DNA of 32,000 nt from Candidatus Saccharimonadota bacterium (GCA_041942055.1 CP145874.1:240001-272000), one strand, 5' to 3'. Shown: positions 1 through 13,206, counted from the first letter of the stretch. Numbers and translations: made by a program. Notes: generated by a model not told the origin, from the letters alone.

Positions 1-204
1 TTTATAACTGTAAAAGGAGGAGGAATTTCAGGTCAAGCAGGAGCCATTCGTCATGGTATAACTCGTGCTTTAATAGCATATGATGAATCTCTTCGTCCTT
101 CTTTACGTCAAGCAGGTTTTGTCACACGTGATTCTCGTAAGGTTGAAAGAAAAAAATTTGGATTTCGTAAAGCACGCCGTAGTCCACAATTTTCAAAACG
201 TTAA
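1..204 (+). CDS. rpsI: 30S ribosomal protein S9, C-terminal fragment (5' end lies outside the window)
   Basis: Frame 1 translates to [24 protein letters not shown]...[12 protein letters not shown] with a TAA stop at 202-204. This nearly matches the E. coli S9 C-terminus ([23 protein letters not shown]...KARRRPQFSKR). Confidence 0.95.
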   Translation, partial: FITVKGGGISGQAGAIRHGITRALIAYDESLRPSLRQAGFVTRDSRKVERKKFGFRKARRSPQFSKR

Positions 205-275
205 TGGATTTTTATCCGATCCAGACAATTAACATAAAAACTTTTTTTCTATTATATTAATGAAAGAAAAAATCT

Positions 276-527
276 ATGGAAGCAACTGAGATAAAAAATA
301 TATTATTAAAAACAACAGGTTTGAAAAAATTATATATTGAAGGTAATAAAAACCATTTTAGAATTATCGCTATTAGCGATATATTTAAAAATATGAATAG
401 AGTAGAAAAACAACAATTTATCTATCATCCCTTAATGAAATATATAGCGAATAATGAGATTCATGCTATTTCTATTGAAACGTATACTCCACAAGAATGG
501 TCTCAACAAGTAAATAAAGTTTTTTAA
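276..527 (+). CDS. ibaG: BolA-family protein IbaG (YrbA)
   Basis: 83 aa. It is colinear with E. coli IbaG: MENNEIQSVL...HFQVIAV...[36 protein letters not shown] versus MEATEIKNIL...HFRIIAI...MNRVEKQQFIYHPLMKYIANNEIHAISIETYTPQEW. Confidence 0.85.
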   Translation: MEATEIKNILLKTTGLKKLYIEGNKNHFRIIAISDIFKNMNRVEKQQFIYHPLMKYIANNEIHAISIETYTPQEWSQQVNKVF

Positions 528-706
528 ATTCCATTTATTATGAATTTATATAAATGGTCCTTGTCAGTTAAATGGAGAAGTAAAAATATCTAATTAAAAT
601 GCTATTTATTGTGAATATGAAAAGATAGAAGAGAAATAATATTAGGTGCTAAAATTCAAAGAACAGATCAATAAAAAATTGATATAATCAATGAGGTAGT
701 AGTTTT

Positions 707-1024
707 ATGTACGCTATTTTCCAAAGTGGTGGAAAACAACATCGAGTAAAACCAGGACAAATGGTTTGTTTAGAAAAATTAAAAACCATACCCCAGAATC
801 AAAATAAAATTGAATTTGATCAAGTACTTATGTTAGTTAATGATAATGAGGTGAGAATTGGTACTCCTACATTAAAAGGAGTTGTAGTTAGAGCTGAAGT
901 AATTTTTCATGATCGTGCAAAAAAAATTAAAATAGTTAAATTTAAACGCCGTAAACACTATGAGAAGCAACAAGGACATCGTCAATGGTATACTAAAGTT
1001 AAAATTACTGAGATAATTTATTAA
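707..1024 (+). CDS. rplU: 50S ribosomal protein L21
   Basis: 105 aa. The N-terminus [18 protein letters not shown] matches E. coli L21 [24 protein letters not shown] Shine-Dalgarno lies just upstream, and rpmA follows as in the rplU-rpmA operon. Confidence 0.95.
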   Translation: MYAIFQSGGKQHRVKPGQMVCLEKLKTIPQNQNKIEFDQVLMLVNDNEVRIGTPTLKGVVVRAEVIFHDRAKKIKIVKFKRRKHYEKQQGHRQWYTKVKITEIIY

Positions 1025-1044
1025 AAATAAAGAAAAGGATAAAT

Positions 1045-2336
<1,292 letters not shown>

Positions 2337-2362
2337 TTTTTTATCCCCCCTTTACTATCATC

Positions 2363-2932
2363 CTAATAGGATAAGTTAAAAAAACCAAAGGTAGATATTA
2401 TTTTTAATATATTGATTACATATAAATTCCATATCTTTTGTGATAATAAACAGCCCGTTATTGCTATTAGTACAGAATCAATAATATCCAGAGGCCAATG
2501 TAAACTTAAATAAATTCTAGACCAAGAAATAATTAATCCAATTATAAATAATATTATTGCAGACCATAATCGATGCCAGAATAAAAAGGAAAGAGCCAAA
2601 GTAAAAATAATACTAGCATGATTACTAGGATTAGAAGAACTTTTAGAATGTTCAATAAATATATGTCCCTTACCAACAACAAAAGGTCGATGATGTGGAA
2701 ACAAACGTCTTATCAGGAAGGAAAAAAAGAGAGCTATTATTATAGCAAGTATGGATTTAAAAACTAATGTTCTCTGTATATCATCACCCCAATACCATAA
2801 AACCATCCAAATTACAGGAACAATTCCAATTAAATACTGAGCAAAGTAGATGGCCAATCGTATTTTCCAAATAGGTGAGTTATGATTAGCATTAATTAAA
2901 AAAAATGCCCATTCATTCATTTTATTCAACAT
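2363..2932 (-). CDS. ybjG: PAP2-family undecaprenyl-diphosphate phosphatase (YbjG-like)
   Basis: 189 aa, polytopic membrane protein. All three PAP2 motifs are present: RRLFPHHRPF, PSNHAS and SRIYLSLHWPLD. It is colinear with E. coli YbjG (LFPHDRPF ... FPSDHGT ... WSRVYLGVHWPLDM). Confidence 0.8.
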   Translation of the reverse strand: MLNKMNEWAFFLINANHNSPIWKIRLAIYFAQYLIGIVPVIWMVLWYWGDDIQRTLVFKSILAIIIALFFSFLIRRLFPHHRPFVVGKGHIFIEHSKSSSNPSNHASIIFTLALSFLFWHRLWSAIILFIIGLIISWSRIYLSLHWPLDIIDSVLIAITGCLLSQKIWNLYVINILKIISTFGFFNLSY

Positions 2933-2945
2933 AAATGTATGTTAA

Positions 2946-4640
2946 TTAAAATACAGGCCAAAGCATTATTATTAAAGTACCTACTAAGGTTAGTATAACA
3001 TTAGCTATAGCATATGTTCCCGCATATCCTAAAGCTGGAATATTACTATGCGAAGCATCATTGATGATTTCCATGGCTGGTGCACAGGTACGTGCACCCA
3101 TAAGAGCTCCAAAAAGGAGTGCAGGATTCATATGTAAGATTGAAGTTCCAAATAAAAAACCCATTATAACTGGTATTAAACTAACTAGTAAACCAGCAAA
3201 TAACATTTCTAGTGCTATATCTAAACCCAGACCGCCTACACTATGTGTTAAGCTGTTGCCAGCATTTAATCCTACACCTGCCATAAAAGTCATTAAGCAA
3301 AATTCTTTTACCATAGTCAAGGCTCCTGACGGAATATATCCAAAAGTCGGATGATTAGCACGAAAAAAACCCAGCATAATTCCAGATAATAGTAATCCAG
3401 CAGCATTACCAATATTAAATATATAATGATGAAACTGAATAGTAATCATTCCAATAATTAGACCCATAACAAAAAAAGAACAAAAAGCTAATAAATCACT
3501 AGCTTGACTATGTATAGACAAAAAACCAATTCGATCTGCTAACTTTTTAACTCTACGTTCTTCTCCACTTACTTGTAATACATCTCCTTTATTTAAAATA
3601 ATACTCTTATCAAGTGGCATTTCAATTTGACTACGAATGATATGATTTAAAAAACAACCATGATCCGTTAGTTTTAGAGAACTTAAACGTTTATTTACAG
3701 CATTATCATTTTTAATTACTATTTCTTCTGTTACAATACGCATATCTAGTAAATCACGATCAAATACTTCTTTTCCATTTCTAAAACTAGGATCAAGTCT
3801 CGCATGTGCTTCAGGATAACCAACTAAAGATATTTCATCACCTATTTGTAAGATTGCGTCTCCATCAGGATTGGCAATAATTCCATTACGACGAATACGT
3901 TCAATATAACATCCAGTTTTGAGATAAAGACCTAGCTCGCGTAAATTTTTTCCTCCAGTCCAATTAACTAATTCTGGACCAACACGATAAGCACGAATTA
4001 CTGGTAACCAAACTTTTCGAAAACTCTCTTTATCTAATCCTCTTTCTCGTGCAATCTGTTGTGCACTAGTGGATAAATCATGTTGTTGTAATTTTGGTAA
4101 ATAACGAGCACCCAACATTAAACTTATTAATCCTATTAAATAAGTAAGTGCATATCCTAAACTTAAATGTTCTTGTGCTAAAAGTAAGATATGTGGATCT
4201 GAAAAAGATTGACGTAAAGTGTCATCTGCTCCCATTAATACTGGAGTAGATGTTATAGATCCAGCCAATATACCAGCTGTCATTCCACTATCCCAATTAA
4301 ATAAATATCCTAAAGCAAAAGTAGTTAAGAGCGCACTGGTTATCATGACAAATGTTATTAATAAATAATTTTTTCCATCCCTAAAAAATATAGCAAAAAA
4401 ATTAGGACCAGCTTCTATTCCTACACAAAAAATAAATAGAGTAAATCCTAAACGCAGAGCTTCAGTATTTACCGAAAAATGTTCTTGCCCTAATAATAAT
4501 GAAATTAATAAAATTCCAATGGAATTACCTAATTGAAAGCTTCCTATCCGAAGCTTACCTAAACATAAACCTAAGCTAAGAATTACAAATAATAACAAAA
4601 TATAATGGTTATCTAGTAATGAAAGAACATTTATATTCAT
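2946..4640 (-). CDS. ybjL: Putative transport protein YbjL (AAE aspartate:alanine-exchanger family, two central TrkA-C/RCK-C domains)
   Basis: 564 aa. It is colinear end to end with E. coli YbjL (561 aa): MNINV...[18 protein letters not shown]..., [65 protein letters not shown] and [14 protein letters not shown]...[17 protein letters not shown]. Confidence 0.9.
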   Translation of the reverse strand: MNINVLSLLDNHYILLLFVILSLGLCLGKLRIGSFQLGNSIGILLISLLLGQEHFSVNTEALRLGFTLFIFCVGIEAGPNFFAIFFRDGKNYLLITFVMITSALLTTFALGYLFNWDSGMTAGILAGSITSTPVLMGADDTLRQSFSDPHILLLAQEHLSLGYALTYLIGLISLMLGARYLPKLQQHDLSTSAQQIARERGLDKESFRKVWLPVIRAYRVGPELVNWTGGKNLRELGLYLKTGCYIERIRRNGIIANPDGDAILQIGDEISLVGYPEAHARLDPSFRNGKEVFDRDLLDMRIVTEEIVIKNDNAVNKRLSSLKLTDHGCFLNHIIRSQIEMPLDKSIILNKGDVLQVSGEERRVKKLADRIGFLSIHSQASDLLAFCSFFVMGLIIGMITIQFHHYIFNIGNAAGLLLSGIMLGFFRANHPTFGYIPSGALTMVKEFCLMTFMAGVGLNAGNSLTHSVGGLGLDIALEMLFAGLLVSLIPVIMGFLFGTSILHMNPALLFGALMGARTCAPAMEIINDASHSNIPALGYAGTYAIANVILTLVGTLIIMLWPVF

Positions 4641-4710
4641 TCACAATATCACTTATAATTTAGTTATTAAACAATTAATCATTTTATAAGATCTTCATCT
4701 TCCTTAAATT

Positions 4711-4726
4711 TGACTTTGCAAAGTCA
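4711..4726. repeat. Perfect 16-bp palindrome TGACTTTGCAAAGTCA in the ybjL/ligA divergent intergenic region
   Basis: Read directly; the reverse complement equals the sequence. The function is unknown, and chance occurrence is plausible in a window this size. Confidence 0.9.
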
Positions 4727-4828
4727 TTTAATTCATGACATATTTTATATGATGTGAATTTCAAATACAATAAGATTTATTATATTGATAATTAAATTAT
4801 AATTATTTTTTTTCGCTTAGATAATTGA

Positions 4829-6616
<1,788 letters not shown>

Positions 6617-6672
6617 TAATATAATGTATATACATCTGTTTAATAAACCATTTTATTTATAAATCATTTTTC

Positions 6673-8463
6673 ATGAAGTACATCAGAAATGTTGCAATTA
6701 TTGCTCATGTAGATCATGGCAAGTCAACTCTTTCGGACCGATTTATTCAATTGTGTGGTGGATTATCTCATCGTGAAATGTCCGCACAAGTTCTGGATTC
6801 AATGGAATTAGAACGTGAGCGAGGTATTACTATAAAAGCTCGAAGTGTAACACTTAATTATGTCTCCGTCGATAGAACTAATTATTTACTGAATTTAATT
6901 GATACACCTGGTCATGTAGATTTTTATTATGAAGTATCACGCTCATTAGCAGCTTGTGAGGGTGCTTTATTAATTATAGATGCTGGACAAGGAATTGAAG
7001 CTCAAACCCTCGCTAACTTTTATAATGCAATTGAAATGAATTTAAAAGTAGTTCCAATTATTAATAAAATTGATTTATCTACTGCTAATCCAGATCGAGT
7101 TGCTCAACAAATTGAAGACCTTTTAGACATTCCAGTCGCTACCAATATTGTGCGATGTTCTGCGAAAACCGGTGAAGGAGTAGTTCAAGTAATTGAGCGT
7201 TTAATAAGAGATATACCTCCTCCTTCAGGTTCATTACAAAATCCATTACAAGCTCTTATTATTGATTCTTGGTTTGACGATTATCTTGGAGTAGTTTCAT
7301 TAATAAGGATTAAGAATGGCATTTTGCATAAAGGCGATAAAATTCAAATTATGAATACTAAACAATATTATCATGTAGATGACCTAGGTTTTTTTACTCC
7401 TAAAAAAAAACCAGCTAATATATTAAAATGTGGAGAAGTAGGTTGGTTAGTTTGTAATCTTAAGGATATTAGTAGTGCACCAGTAGGAGCTACAATTACT
7501 TCAGTTACTCAACCAGCTAAAAACATTCTACCAGGATTTAAAAAAATAAAACCTCAAACATATGCGGGTTTATTTCCAGTTAATTTTGAAGATTACTCAG
7601 CCTTTCGTAATGCCTTAGAAAAACTTAGTATAAATGATTCATCATTATATTATGAACCGGAAACTTCTAGTGCGTTGGGGTTTGGTTTTAGATGCGGATT
7701 CCTTGGATTTTTACATATGGATATAGTTAAAGAAAGATTACGAAGAGAATATAATCTTGATTTAATTTATACTTTTCCTACAGTCATCTATGAATTAGAA
7801 ACTGCCAAGGGAGAAGTTATTTATATTAATAGTGCATCAAAAATTTCTGCTCATAAGATTTCTATCTGGCGTGAACCAATAGCCGAATGTATAATTTTCG
7901 TACCTAAAATTTATTTAGGAAGTATTATTTCTCTATGTGTAGAAAAAAGAGGTATTCCTCTTAATTTAATCTATCATAGAGATCAAGTAGAATTAATATA
8001 TGAAATTCCAATATCTGAGATAGCTTCTGATTTTTATGATCGATTAAAATCCAACTCTAGAGGTTATGCAACCATGGACTATAGTTTCAAGAAGTTTCAA
8101 ACCTCGGACTTAGTCTGTTTAGACATTTTAATCAATAAGATTATTTTAGATGCTTGTTCCATAATAACTCATAGAAGTAAAGTATTATATTGTGCACATA
8201 AATTAATAGATAAAATGAAACAACTAATTCCACGACAACAGTTTGATATTATTCTTCAAGCGGCTATTGGTAAAAAAATTATTGCACGTTCAACAATTAA
8301 GCCATTTAGGAAAAATGTATTGGCAAAATGCTCGGGTGGTGATATTAGCCGAAAAAAAAAATTACTACATAAACAAAAACAAGGTAAAAAACGGATGAAA
8401 TTATTAGGAAAGGTTGAAATTCCGCCTGAAATATTTATGGAACTTTTGCATGTAAATAAATAA
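6673..8463 (+). CDS. lepA: Elongation factor 4 (LepA)
   Basis: 596 aa. [20 protein letters not shown] (G1), DTPGHVDF (G3), NKIDL (G4), and a typical LepA C-terminal domain ending in [14 protein letters not shown]. Confidence 0.95.
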   Translation: MKYIRNVAIIAHVDHGKSTLSDRFIQLCGGLSHREMSAQVLDSMELERERGITIKARSVTLNYVSVDRTNYLLNLIDTPGHVDFYYEVSRSLAACEGALLIIDAGQGIEAQTLANFYNAIEMNLKVVPIINKIDLSTANPDRVAQQIEDLLDIPVATNIVRCSAKTGEGVVQVIERLIRDIPPPSGSLQNPLQALIIDSWFDDYLGVVSLIRIKNGILHKGDKIQIMNTKQYYHVDDLGFFTPKKKPANILKCGEVGWLVCNLKDISSAPVGATITSVTQPAKNILPGFKKIKPQTYAGLFPVNFEDYSAFRNALEKLSINDSSLYYEPETSSALGFGFRCGFLGFLHMDIVKERLRREYNLDLIYTFPTVIYELETAKGEVIYINSASKISAHKISIWREPIAECIIFVPKIYLGSIISLCVEKRGIPLNLIYHRDQVELIYEIPISEIASDFYDRLKSNSRGYATMDYSFKKFQTSDLVCLDILINKIILDACSIITHRSKVLYCAHKLIDKMKQLIPRQQFDIILQAAIGKKIIARSTIKPFRKNVLAKCSGGDISRKKKLLHKQKQGKKRMKLLGKVEIPPEIFMELLHVNK

Positions 8464-8478
8464 GAAGGAAAAATTAAG

Positions 8479-9387
8479 GTGAATACCTTTACCTTGATAT
8501 TAACGATACTTACATTTTTAACTGGTATAATTTGGATTATTCGAATCTTTTGCAATCAAGAATTAATTGCTGAAAATCAATTTGAACTAGTAATTTATAA
8601 AACCCTTGAAACATCGGCTTCTATTTTTCCAATGTTATTATTAGTATTTATTATTCGATCATTTATATATGAACCATTTCAGATTTCATCTGGATCTATG
8701 ATGCCTACATTACTGGCAGGTGATTTTATTATGGTACAAAAATTTTCTTATGATTTAAAAAATCCTCTTACTCAAAAGATATGGTTACAAATCAGTAAAC
8801 CTAAAAGAGGAGATATTGTAGTTTTTCAATATCCACTTAATCCTAAATTAAATTATATTAAACGGCTTATTGGAATTCCAGGAGATAAAATTTCATATGA
8901 CTACATAAAAAAGGAAATCCATATTCAACCAATATATAATAATAAAAAAGTAGCAATTACTTATTCTAATATGAAAAGAAGTAATTTAATTCAAACATTT
9001 AAAGTCAAACCAGATTGGGTGGAAAGTTACTTTTATCAAAGAACTAATGATGATTTGTCAAAAGAGGGAATACGACTGTTTGAAAAAGATGAAAGGATTT
9101 CAAATACTCATCATCGAATTTTACTTTCACCAACATATAATATATTAAATAATGTGAATTTATATTATCAACAGTTTAATCAACCGCTAGCTACTTGGAT
9201 AGTACCTGAGGGTTATTATTTTATGATGGGTGATAATCGTGATAATAGCTCTGATAGTCGTTATTGGGGTTTTGTGCCCGAAAAAAATATCGTTGGTAAG
9301 GCTATATTAATTTGGATGAGTTTGAATATTAAACCCGATAGCAAAATACCAATTGGTATACGTTTAAACCGGATTGGTAGAATATAA
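8479..9387 (+). CDS. lepB: Signal peptidase I
   Basis: 302 aa with a GTG start preceded by AAGGAAAAATTAAG. It has two N-terminal TM segments, the catalytic Ser box SGSMMPTL, the Lys box YIKRLIGIPGD, and GDNRDNSSDSRYWGFVP. Its position after lepA matches the E. coli lepAB operon. Confidence 0.93.
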   Translation: MNTFTLILTILTFLTGIIWIIRIFCNQELIAENQFELVIYKTLETSASIFPMLLLVFIIRSFIYEPFQISSGSMMPTLLAGDFIMVQKFSYDLKNPLTQKIWLQISKPKRGDIVVFQYPLNPKLNYIKRLIGIPGDKISYDYIKKEIHIQPIYNNKKVAITYSNMKRSNLIQTFKVKPDWVESYFYQRTNDDLSKEGIRLFEKDERISNTHHRILLSPTYNILNNVNLYYQQFNQPLATWIVPEGYYFMMGDNRDNSSDSRYWGFVPEKNIVGKAILIWMSLNIKPDSKIPIGIRLNRIGRI

Positions 9388-9417
9388 TTTTTATTAACTT
9401 AATAAAGTTTTGAAAAC

Positions 9418-10104
9418 ATGAACATTACTGTACTAAACACCCTTCAAAAAAACATGGGTTATTATTTTCAAGAAGATTCCTTATTACAACAAGCTCTTAC
9501 TCATCGAAGTCGAAGTTCAAATGGTAAACATAATGAACGTTTAGAATTCTTAGGAGACTCTATTTTAAATTATGTAATTGCAAATGCACTGTATCATCGT
9601 TTCCCTTATATGAATGAAGGTAATATGAGTAGGATACGTGCAACATTAGTACGTGAACATACTTTAGCGCAAATTGCACGAGAATTGAGTATAAATAGTT
9701 ATTTACGTTTAGGAGTAGGCGAACTTAAAAATGGTGGCACCAATCGAGAATCAATTTTAGCTGATGCAATTGAAGCAATAATTGGTAGTATATTTTTAGA
9801 TAGTGATATTTTTATTATAGAAAAATTAATCTTAACTTGGTATCAAAATAGATTAAATGATATTAATCCGAATGATAATCCTAAAGATCCTAAAACCCGT
9901 TTACAAGAGTGGTTACAAAGTCATAAGATGCCACTACCAATTTATTTAGTCAGTAAAGTATCAGGAGAAGCTCATGATCATATATTTACTATAATTTGTC
10001 AAATAAACCATCTTAAGGAATCGGTTGTGGGTATAGGTACTAGTCGCCGTAAAGCCGAGCAAATTGCAGCAAAAAACATGTTAATTAAATTAAGAATTGA
10101 ATGA
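9418..10104 (+). CDS. rnc: Ribonuclease III
   Basis: 228 aa. It carries the RNase III signature [12 protein letters not shown], the downstream ADAIEAIIG, and a C-terminal dsRBD ([12 protein letters not shown]...). Confidence 0.95.
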   Translation: MNITVLNTLQKNMGYYFQEDSLLQQALTHRSRSSNGKHNERLEFLGDSILNYVIANALYHRFPYMNEGNMSRIRATLVREHTLAQIARELSINSYLRLGVGELKNGGTNRESILADAIEAIIGSIFLDSDIFIIEKLILTWYQNRLNDINPNDNPKDPKTRLQEWLQSHKMPLPIYLVSKVSGEAHDHIFTIICQINHLKESVVGIGTSRRKAEQIAAKNMLIKLRIE

Positions 10105-11018
10105 TTATAATAATGCCAAAAGAAGAGTACAAACCACATTGTGGTTATATTCCTATTGTAGGAAGATCAAATGTTGGTAAATCAACTTTACTGAATTATC
10201 TTATTGGAAAAAAAATCTCTATTGTTTGTCATAAGCCACAAACTACTCGTCAATGTATTATAGGGATACATACTAAAGGTAGTTATCAAACGGTTTATAT
10301 AGATACTCCAGGATTGAATCATAGAAAAAAAAACTCATTGAATCATTTAATGAACCGTAATCTAATAAATTCTCTAAAAAATAATGTAGCATTAGTCATT
10401 TTTGTAATAGCTGGTACCTTTTGGAGATCTGAGGATAATAAAATCTTCAATCTTTTACTTCGTAATAATGACGCCCCAGTATTATTAGTAATTAACAAAA
10501 TTGATCTTATTAAAAATAAAACCACATTGTTACCATATATTAATATAATTAGTCATAAAATGAACTTTGTAGATATTTTACCAATTTCAGCATTTACTGG
10601 ATATAACTTAGATATATTAGTAAATATTATTAAAAAATTTATACCTGAATCAAATCATTTATTTCCTAAACATATGATCACTAATCAATCGATACAATTT
10701 ATGATAGCGGAAATTATTAGAGAAAAATTAATGAATTATCTCAATCAGGAGATACCTTATTCAGTTGCTGTTACTATTGATGAAGTAGTTTTGAATAAAA
10801 AAGGTTATTATAATATTAATGGATATATAATAGTTGAACGTAAAGCACAACAAAATATTATTATTGGCTATAAAAGTAACCGAATAAATAGTATTCTCAA
10901 ACAAGCTAGATATGAGATACAATTAATGTTGAATACTCAAGTTTCAATTAATTTAGGAATTAAAATAAAAAATAGATGGGTAGATGATCAGATAATATTA
11001 AAAACACTGGGTCATTAA
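10101..11018 (+). CDS. era: GTPase Era
   Basis: 305 aa. Its start overlaps the rnc stop as ATGA; an in-frame alternative ATG lies at 10113. It has G1 [10 protein letters not shown]3 DTPG, G4 NKID and a C-terminal KH domain region. Confidence 0.93.
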   Translation: MIIIMPKEEYKPHCGYIPIVGRSNVGKSTLLNYLIGKKISIVCHKPQTTRQCIIGIHTKGSYQTVYIDTPGLNHRKKNSLNHLMNRNLINSLKNNVALVIFVIAGTFWRSEDNKIFNLLLRNNDAPVLLVINKIDLIKNKTTLLPYINIISHKMNFVDILPISAFTGYNLDILVNIIKKFIPESNHLFPKHMITNQSIQFMIAEIIREKLMNYLNQEIPYSVAVTIDEVVLNKKGYYNINGYIIVERKAQQNIIIGYKSNRINSILKQARYEIQLMLNTQVSINLGIKIKNRWVDDQIILKTLGH

Positions 11019-11029
11019 AGGATCATGTA

Positions 11030-11410
11030 ATGGGTATAATTGGTTTAGGAATTGATGTTATTGATATAACACGTGTTACTTATCTTGTAGATAAATTTGG
11101 TAATAAATTAGCTCAACGAATTTTATGTAATGAAGAATTATTCTATTATCAAAAATCTCGATATCCAGTTCGTTTCTTAGCTAAACGTTTTGTAGCTAAA
11201 GAAGCAGCTGTAAAAGCATTTGGTACAGGAATGAGAAATGGTATAACATATAAACAATTTTCCATATTTAATGATAAATATGGAAAACCTTACTTAAAAT
11301 ATAAAAATAAAGTTATTTGTTTAGCAGAAGATTTAAAGATGAAATATATTCATCTTTCAATAACGGACGAAAGATTTTATGCTTGTGCAATAGTTATTAT
11401 CGAAAACTAA
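11030..11410 (+). CDS. acpS: Holo-[acyl-carrier-protein] synthase
   Basis: 126 aa. GIDVIDITR..., FLAKRFVAKEAAVKAFGTG and LSITDE match the AcpS family and the E. coli protein length. Confidence 0.9.
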   Translation: MGIIGLGIDVIDITRVTYLVDKFGNKLAQRILCNEELFYYQKSRYPVRFLAKRFVAKEAAVKAFGTGMRNGITYKQFSIFNDKYGKPYLKYKNKVICLAEDLKMKYIHLSITDERFYACAIVIIEN

Positions 11411-11613
11411 ACAACTTTTATTTTTATAATAGCCTTACTAATAGGACAAATTTTTTTACAGTTTGGTATTCTATAATAACCCATACATTCAGTACAACTA
11501 ACTTGGTTAATAGAATAACTTTTCTTTATATCGTCAAAGTAAATGGCATTATTTGGACATTCCGGTACACACATCTCACAATTTACACAGAATTCGGTAA
11601 TCATTAAACTCAT
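11407..11613 (-). CDS. yfhL: 4Fe-4S ferredoxin YfhL-like
   Basis: 68 aa. It has two cysteine clusters, CVNCEMCVPECP and CTECMGYY..PNCKKICP, colinear with E. coli YfhL (CINCDMCEPECP ... CTECVGHYETPTCQKVCP). It sits beside acpS as in E. coli. It is shorter than the E. coli protein at the C-terminus. Confidence 0.85.
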   Translation of the reverse strand: MSLMITEFCVNCEMCVPECPNNAIYFDDIKKSYSINQVSCTECMGYYRIPNCKKICPISKAIIKIKVV

Positions 11614-11676
11614 AATTTAATTATTAAAATTAGTAGCATTTTTATAATGTGGAATATAAATCCTAACTAACATAAT

Positions 11677-11787
11677 GAAATCTTGCTAGTCACTTCCCAG
11701 TACATGTCTCACTTATTTTGGCTGCTTCTTTCCAGACCTGACCAGTTAATAAGGTATTTTACATTACAAGATAACTAACAAGATTTC
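11677..11787 (-). ncRNA. ffs: 4.5S RNA / SRP RNA
   Basis: The minus strand reads ...ACUGGUCAGGUCUGGAAAGAAGCAGCC..., matching the E. coli domain IV core ACCAGGUCAGGUCCGGAAGGAAGCAGCC with its GGAA tetraloop. The tetraloop-closing C-G pair is replaced by U-A, a compensatory change. The 5' GAAAUCUUGUUAGU (11787 downward) pairs with the 3' ACUAGCAAGAUUUC (ending at 11677), with one G-U pair, giving one long hairpin of about 111 nt; E. coli 4.5S is 114 nt. Ends are accurate to a few nt. Confidence 0.9.
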
Positions 11788-11920
11788 CAATCGTTCTATT
11801 TTTACTTAAATTATCATCACTCATTTTAGTAGGTAAAAAAAAAAAAGCAATTTTTATTGATATAAATAAGTAATTATTTTATTGTGATGGAAAAAATTTT
11901 ATGTTTGGATTAAAAAAAAT

Positions 11921-13120
11921 ATGTTTGAAAATCTACCTGTTGCGCCTGAAGATCCTATTTTAGGATTAGCGGAAAAATTTAATGCTGATCCTAGATCTAA
12001 GAAAATTAATCTTGGAATTGGTGTTTATAATGATGAAAAAACAATAGCACCAATATTAACTAGTGTAAAAAAAGCTGAACAATTAATTTTAGACCAAGAA
12101 CAAACCAAAAATTACTTAAGTATTGAAGGAAGTTCAGAATTTGCATTTCATACTCAAATATTATTATTTGGTGAACAAAGTGAACTTTTATCTACTAAAC
12201 GTGCTAGAACTGCACAGACTCCGGGTGGAACTGGGTCATTGCGTATAATAGCCGATTTTTTAGCAAAAAAAACTAATATTAATAAAATATGGATTAGTAA
12301 TCCTACTTGGCCTAATCATAAAAATATATTTTTTACTGCAGGTTTAAATGTACAAGAATACCCTTGGTATAATCAAGAAACACATTTACTAGACTTTGAC
12401 AAGTTGTTGTTAACTTTAAAAAATAAAGTACAACCGGGAGATGCAGTTTTATTTCATGGTTGTTGTCATAATCCAACGGGTATAGATCCTACACTTGAAC
12501 AGTGGAAACAATTAGTCATTTTATCGCAAATGAATCACTGGATGCCTATATTTGATTTTGCCTATCAAGGATTTGCTAGGAATTTAGAAGAAGATGCAAA
12601 AGCATTACGCCTTTTTGTAGAACATCATCAAGAAATGATTGTTGCCACTTCGTATTCTAAAAATATGGGATTATATAATGAACGCGTAGGTTCTTTAACA
12701 GTTATTGCTAAAAATGCTGATGTAGTAAATGCAATGTTTAGTCAAATTAAAAACCTCATTCGAGTGAATTATTCTAATCCTCCAGCTCATGGTGCAGCTA
12801 TAGTTACTACTATCTTGAAAAATAAAGATCTTAAATTACTTTGGCATCAAGAACTATCTAGTATGCGTAAACGTATTTATGATATGCGTCAGCTATTTGT
12901 TAATACCTTACAACAACACGGTATTAAAAAAGATTTTAATTTTATTAATAAACAATACGGTATGTTTTCTTACAGTGGTTTAAACAAGCAACAAGTTGCT
13001 TGTTTGAGGAAAAATTTTGGAATTTATATAGTGGATTCTGGAAGAATAAATATAGCTAGTATTAGATTGAATAATATAAATTACTTATGTCAAGCTATTT
13101 GTTCAGTTATGTCAGAATAA
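11921..13120 (+). CDS. aspC: Aspartate aminotransferase (PLP-dependent, class I)
   Basis: 399 aa. [83 protein letters not shown] (PLP lysine) and [10 protein letters not shown] are colinear with E. coli AspC. A TyrB-like specificity cannot be excluded. Confidence 0.9.
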   Translation: MFENLPVAPEDPILGLAEKFNADPRSKKINLGIGVYNDEKTIAPILTSVKKAEQLILDQEQTKNYLSIEGSSEFAFHTQILLFGEQSELLSTKRARTAQTPGGTGSLRIIADFLAKKTNINKIWISNPTWPNHKNIFFTAGLNVQEYPWYNQETHLLDFDKLLLTLKNKVQPGDAVLFHGCCHNPTGIDPTLEQWKQLVILSQMNHWMPIFDFAYQGFARNLEEDAKALRLFVEHHQEMIVATSYSKNMGLYNERVGSLTVIAKNADVVNAMFSQIKNLIRVNYSNPPAHGAAIVTTILKNKDLKLLWHQELSSMRKRIYDMRQLFVNTLQQHGIKKDFNFINKQYGMFSYSGLNKQQVACLRKNFGIYIVDSGRINIASIRLNNINYLCQAICSVMSE

Positions 13121-13206
13121 TTCTGCAAAAAGATTGAGAAAGTATCTGCAGTACAATACTTATCAACTAAATTGAATATTTTATTATATAATAAATCAAG
13201 TTTCAT

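Noticed and set aside
205-275. Possible terminator after rpsI (GGAT-TTTT-ATCC, or TGGAT...ATCCA)
   Set aside because: The stem is only 4-5 bp. That is too weak to call, although the following T-rich stretch is suggestive.
2337-2362. C6 run (TATCCCCCCTTT) in the 26-nt convergent gap between obg and ybjG, unusual for this AT-rich DNA
   Set aside because: It has no complementary G-run or hairpin partner nearby. A single homopolymer carries no inferable function.
3061-3354. 97-aa plus-strand ORF inside ybjL
   Set aside because: It is entirely antisense to a full-length, well-conserved ybjL, and its composition simply mirrors the membrane-protein codons on the other strand.
6617-6672. 12-bp palindrome ATGTATATACAT in the ligA-lepA spacer, plus similar short AT-only inverted repeats in other spacers (13121-13206, 14005-14114)
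   Set aside because: Pure A/T palindromes of this length are expected by chance at this composition. The stems are 4-6 bp and thermodynamically negligible.
8256-11607. Small ORFs at 8256-8555(-), 10343-10525(-) and 11317-11607(+)
   Set aside because: Each overlaps the opposite strand or an alternative frame of lepA/lepB, era, or acpS/yfhL, which all have clear homology. None shows motifs or a ribosome-binding site.
11901-11963. Upstream ATG (ATGTTTGGATTAAAAAAAAT) 20 nt before the aspC start; it repeats the ATGTTTG of the real start and opens a 20-codon out-of-frame ORF, with an A8 run in between
   Set aside because: The aspC N-terminus from 11921 ([16 protein letters not shown]) matches E. 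coli AspC residue for residue. The upstream ATG is out of frame and has no Shine-Dalgarno. A leader-peptide or slippage role is unsupported.
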